From positions 3,382,813-3,446,812 of the forward strand of contig NW_003314269.1 in NCBI RefSeq assembly GCF_000143415.4: 64,000 nt of DNA, in the 5' to 3' direction. Below are positions 61,268 to 64,000 of this stretch, piece after piece. Under the pieces are notes generated by a model, which saw nothing but the letters and a program-made list of their open reading frames with translations, ran no database searches and was not told the origin of the DNA. The translations under genes and the position numbers were made by a program. Position 1 is the stretch's first letter; each line of letters opens with the position of its first letter. Source of the stretch: Selaginella moellendorffii (Eukaryota; Plantae; Lycopodiophyta).

Positions 61268-64000
61268 GCATAAGTCCTCCCCACCCCACCCCACCAAAAG
61301 AATGCTTTTGCTGATCCTAGTGATGCTACTGACTTTTTGAGTGTGTACTACTGCTGCTGCTACCTATGGAGCATTTGCGTTGAGGGGAGGCTGACCATGC
61401 CACAAATCCAATTTCCCCTTGCTTTCACGATCCCACCCACATGAATCAATGATGATGCTGATCTTCCAGCTGAATCCCTTGAATCCAACCCACAGGAGAA
61501 GAATCATTTGAGAAATGAATGCGTGTTGTCTCTTCTTGTGCTTCTTCTTCTTCCCAATCATCAATCAAGTGGCTGGTGTTGGCTTTTTCGGTTCTGTTCT
61601 TGAGATAGGAGCAGAATTGATAGATCACCAGCAGCAGCCCAACGAACCCAAAACCATTTCCCGGCCAGCCAGCAAGCCATCCATCAGCAGCAGCAGCAGC
61701 AGCAGCAGCCGCGAAAAGCAATATAAAGACTCAAGAAAAAAACTATGCCCAGGGAAAATAAAAACCAGTGTGTGTGCAAGGTTTGACACTTCCGCTTCTC
61801 CTTCCCTCTTCTCCTTTTTGATTCTTTTCCTTTGAACGGCCTTTGGCTTTGCTTATTGGTGCACCTAATGAATGAGAGAAAGGAGAAAGAACAAGAACAA
61901 AAGGAGAAGAACAAGGAGATGCCAACAACTATACTACTCTAGAAATGCAGTCCACCACCACCACCACCTCCACCACCACAGTGTGTGTCCATGGTACTAC
62001 AAAAGGCCTGCCCACCACTGCCATCTTTGCTGTTTTCATACAAAAATCATCAAGCACTTCCCTGGGCAAGGAGAAGCAAGAAAACAAAAAAATATAAATG
62101 TCAAGCAAGGAGAAAACGAAAAGACACCACCACTGCTGCTGCTCCAGCTGCCGCCCCTTCCCCTCAAGGTTTGTGCTTCTCAATGTGCTCTGTTCCTCCA
62201 CCTGAGCATACCCCTCTTTTGCTTTAGCTCCTCCCCTCCCTGCTGCACCACCAAGCCTGGATCCCATCTTCCATATCAAGTGTGTGCTGGAAAGGGAGGA
62301 GAGAAGAGGGGGGAGCTTGTTCTCACACAACTGGCTAGCACTCTTCCTGGAAGATTGGATTGGGAATGATCATGAATTGAGGATTTTCAAATGCAGCTTC
62401 TGATTGATCAAGAGAAGGGATAGATAGGCCCAGGCTGTGAGAAATCCCTCCACCCCATTTTACTATCCTCACTACCTAGGTAAGTAGCTGAATGTTCAGC
62501 CCTGTCCCTGTAAGAATTTATTTAAAGTTTTTTAAGTAGATAGCTGAAAGGGACTAAAAGAGCTCAAAGGAGAGAGCTCCAGCCAGCCATCCAACAACAA
62601 CACCATCACCACAGCAGCAGAAGGAACCAGAGCACCACCAGCAGTCAAGTCAGTTATCTCAACCCCTCTCCAAATCCACTCCACCATCATTCACCATCAT
62701 CATCATCAACTTGAACATCATAGAGCTCTAGAGGCACAGAAGCATCCAAGGCATATTCATACTTTCTGCCAGCTCAAATGACCATACATATGCCAGTTCT
62801 CACTTCTGCTTCTTCAGTGGAAATGCAAAATCCAGTTGGTAGAAATTGATGTGTGGCTGAAAGTTCTTCATTTTGTTTTCACTCTCTGTGTTGTAACCTG
62901 TTGCTCTTTGACCGATACCTCATGATCAATAGTCATGAACCACATGCACATGGCCTCTCTCTTTTAAAACTATCAACATCTCCATTCTTTCCTTGTGCTA
63001 AGAACAAATAGTTGTGTTAATTGCTAGAAAATCCATTGTCTAATCCCATGACTAAACAATATCTCTATCTACTATGACAACTTAATATGAACCGAAACGT
63101 GAAAAGCATTTGTGCAATGCTCTTTCTTGAGAGGTTGACAAATCACAAACTCATTTAATGTTGTGCCCCTACCAACCTCGTCTTCTAGATAAGTTGCTAA
63201 TGCGAACATAATCATTGTTAGGGATGGAATTAGCATGGGCATTCCGATGCATGGTTATCATCAAGCACGGCGAATCTAGGCCAGCGTGACTAGATTTTGC
63301 CGGGTGGCGAGAATCCCGCGCAATTCAACCTAGGCCACCTTTCCATTCTCAGAGTAGGAGTAAAAGAAATGGTCATCTACTTATAGTAATCCTCTAATGC
63401 AAAATTAATAGTAAACATGAGAAACTAGGGCAACTGCTTGTACTTGAAACAAGGGGCGAGCCAGCAAGCATTTGCTCTTTGTTGCATGCATTTTGGTTTT
63501 CCAACTCAATTTTACTCTCTTTTATTTTCCATGTGCACCACAAATGTTGAATAATGCTGCTGATCATGTGTTGATAATCATTGCGCTCCGACAAAGGGAT
63601 TGATCCCCCCTTTCTCGATAAACAACAACGCGAAAGCAAAGCCCTTGAAACAAGGTGGCAGGCGAATATTCGGGCGCTTTTGCGAGCCTCCAGCGTCGCA
63701 GCAAAGTGGAATGTCCTGCTGCCCTGCCGTGCAGACAACAAACAACAAACTCGTTGTCAACTTTGGAGCCAGAGCTTGAAGTGAAAACATCCAAAGTCTT
63801 GTTTTTAATGAGGCCACCACCACCCACAGTAATCATGGAGCAATTCCAGGATCTGTGGTACGCCCGGTTGCACGGAATAATCAAATCCTTGGGAGATTCC
63901 ACTAAACCAAAACTTAAGGATTCGTGATCATGCACCACCACAAGATACTTGTTTCATAGTGGCGAGAATGCGACTTTGTTTTGCTGCTGCTGTTCAAGGA

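Noticed and set aside
61300-64000. Short ORFs, CAG/CAC runs and a small hairpin near 63276-63302
   Set aside because: Low-complexity upstream region of the trihelix gene; no supportable coding or ncRNA signature.

Overview
Eukaryotic land-plant genomic DNA. The very short introns, dense genes, COI1-, trihelix- and PPR-type genes and a TTTAGGG repeat fit a compact lycophyte genome such as Selaginella (inference). Positions 1-18.7 kb hold a tandem array of a ~13.3-kb unit: one complete copy (5417-18707) and one gapped copy (1-5416, 100 N at 1402-1501). Each unit has two divergent genes. (i) A decayed Sola-like/DUF7869-type DDD transposase with two N-terminal Tnp1/En/Spm-like domains. (ii) An 11-exon gene of ~1,650 aa that joins a ParB-like domain, a degenerate DNA-methyltransferase-like fold, an acidic/repeat linker and an FCP1/NIF-type HAD domain. 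About 30 copies of a 22-bp palindrome (ATGGCRTGNGGCCNCAYGCCAT) are spread over the unit, in introns, exons and spacers. This unit is the best candidate for an undescribed system. A young Cassandra (5S-carrying) TRIM sits in copy A, with older relics at ~25.4 kb and ~44 kb. Positions 18.7-25 kb are a decayed Ty3/gypsy element. Positions 27.7-40.8 kb are a gene-dense block: COI1-like, DHX37-like helicase, pyrimidine 5'-nucleotidase, divergent Dof, PAS2-like, class B acid phosphatase and aspartic protease. A full-length Ty3/gypsy element with a -1 frameshift signal spans 44.5-49.5 kb. From 51 to 61 kb lie a PPR gene flanked by Helentron-like repeats, an aldose epimerase fragment, a C2 protein, YchF and a trihelix transcription factor. 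All domain calls are by-eye motif recognition; no searches were run.
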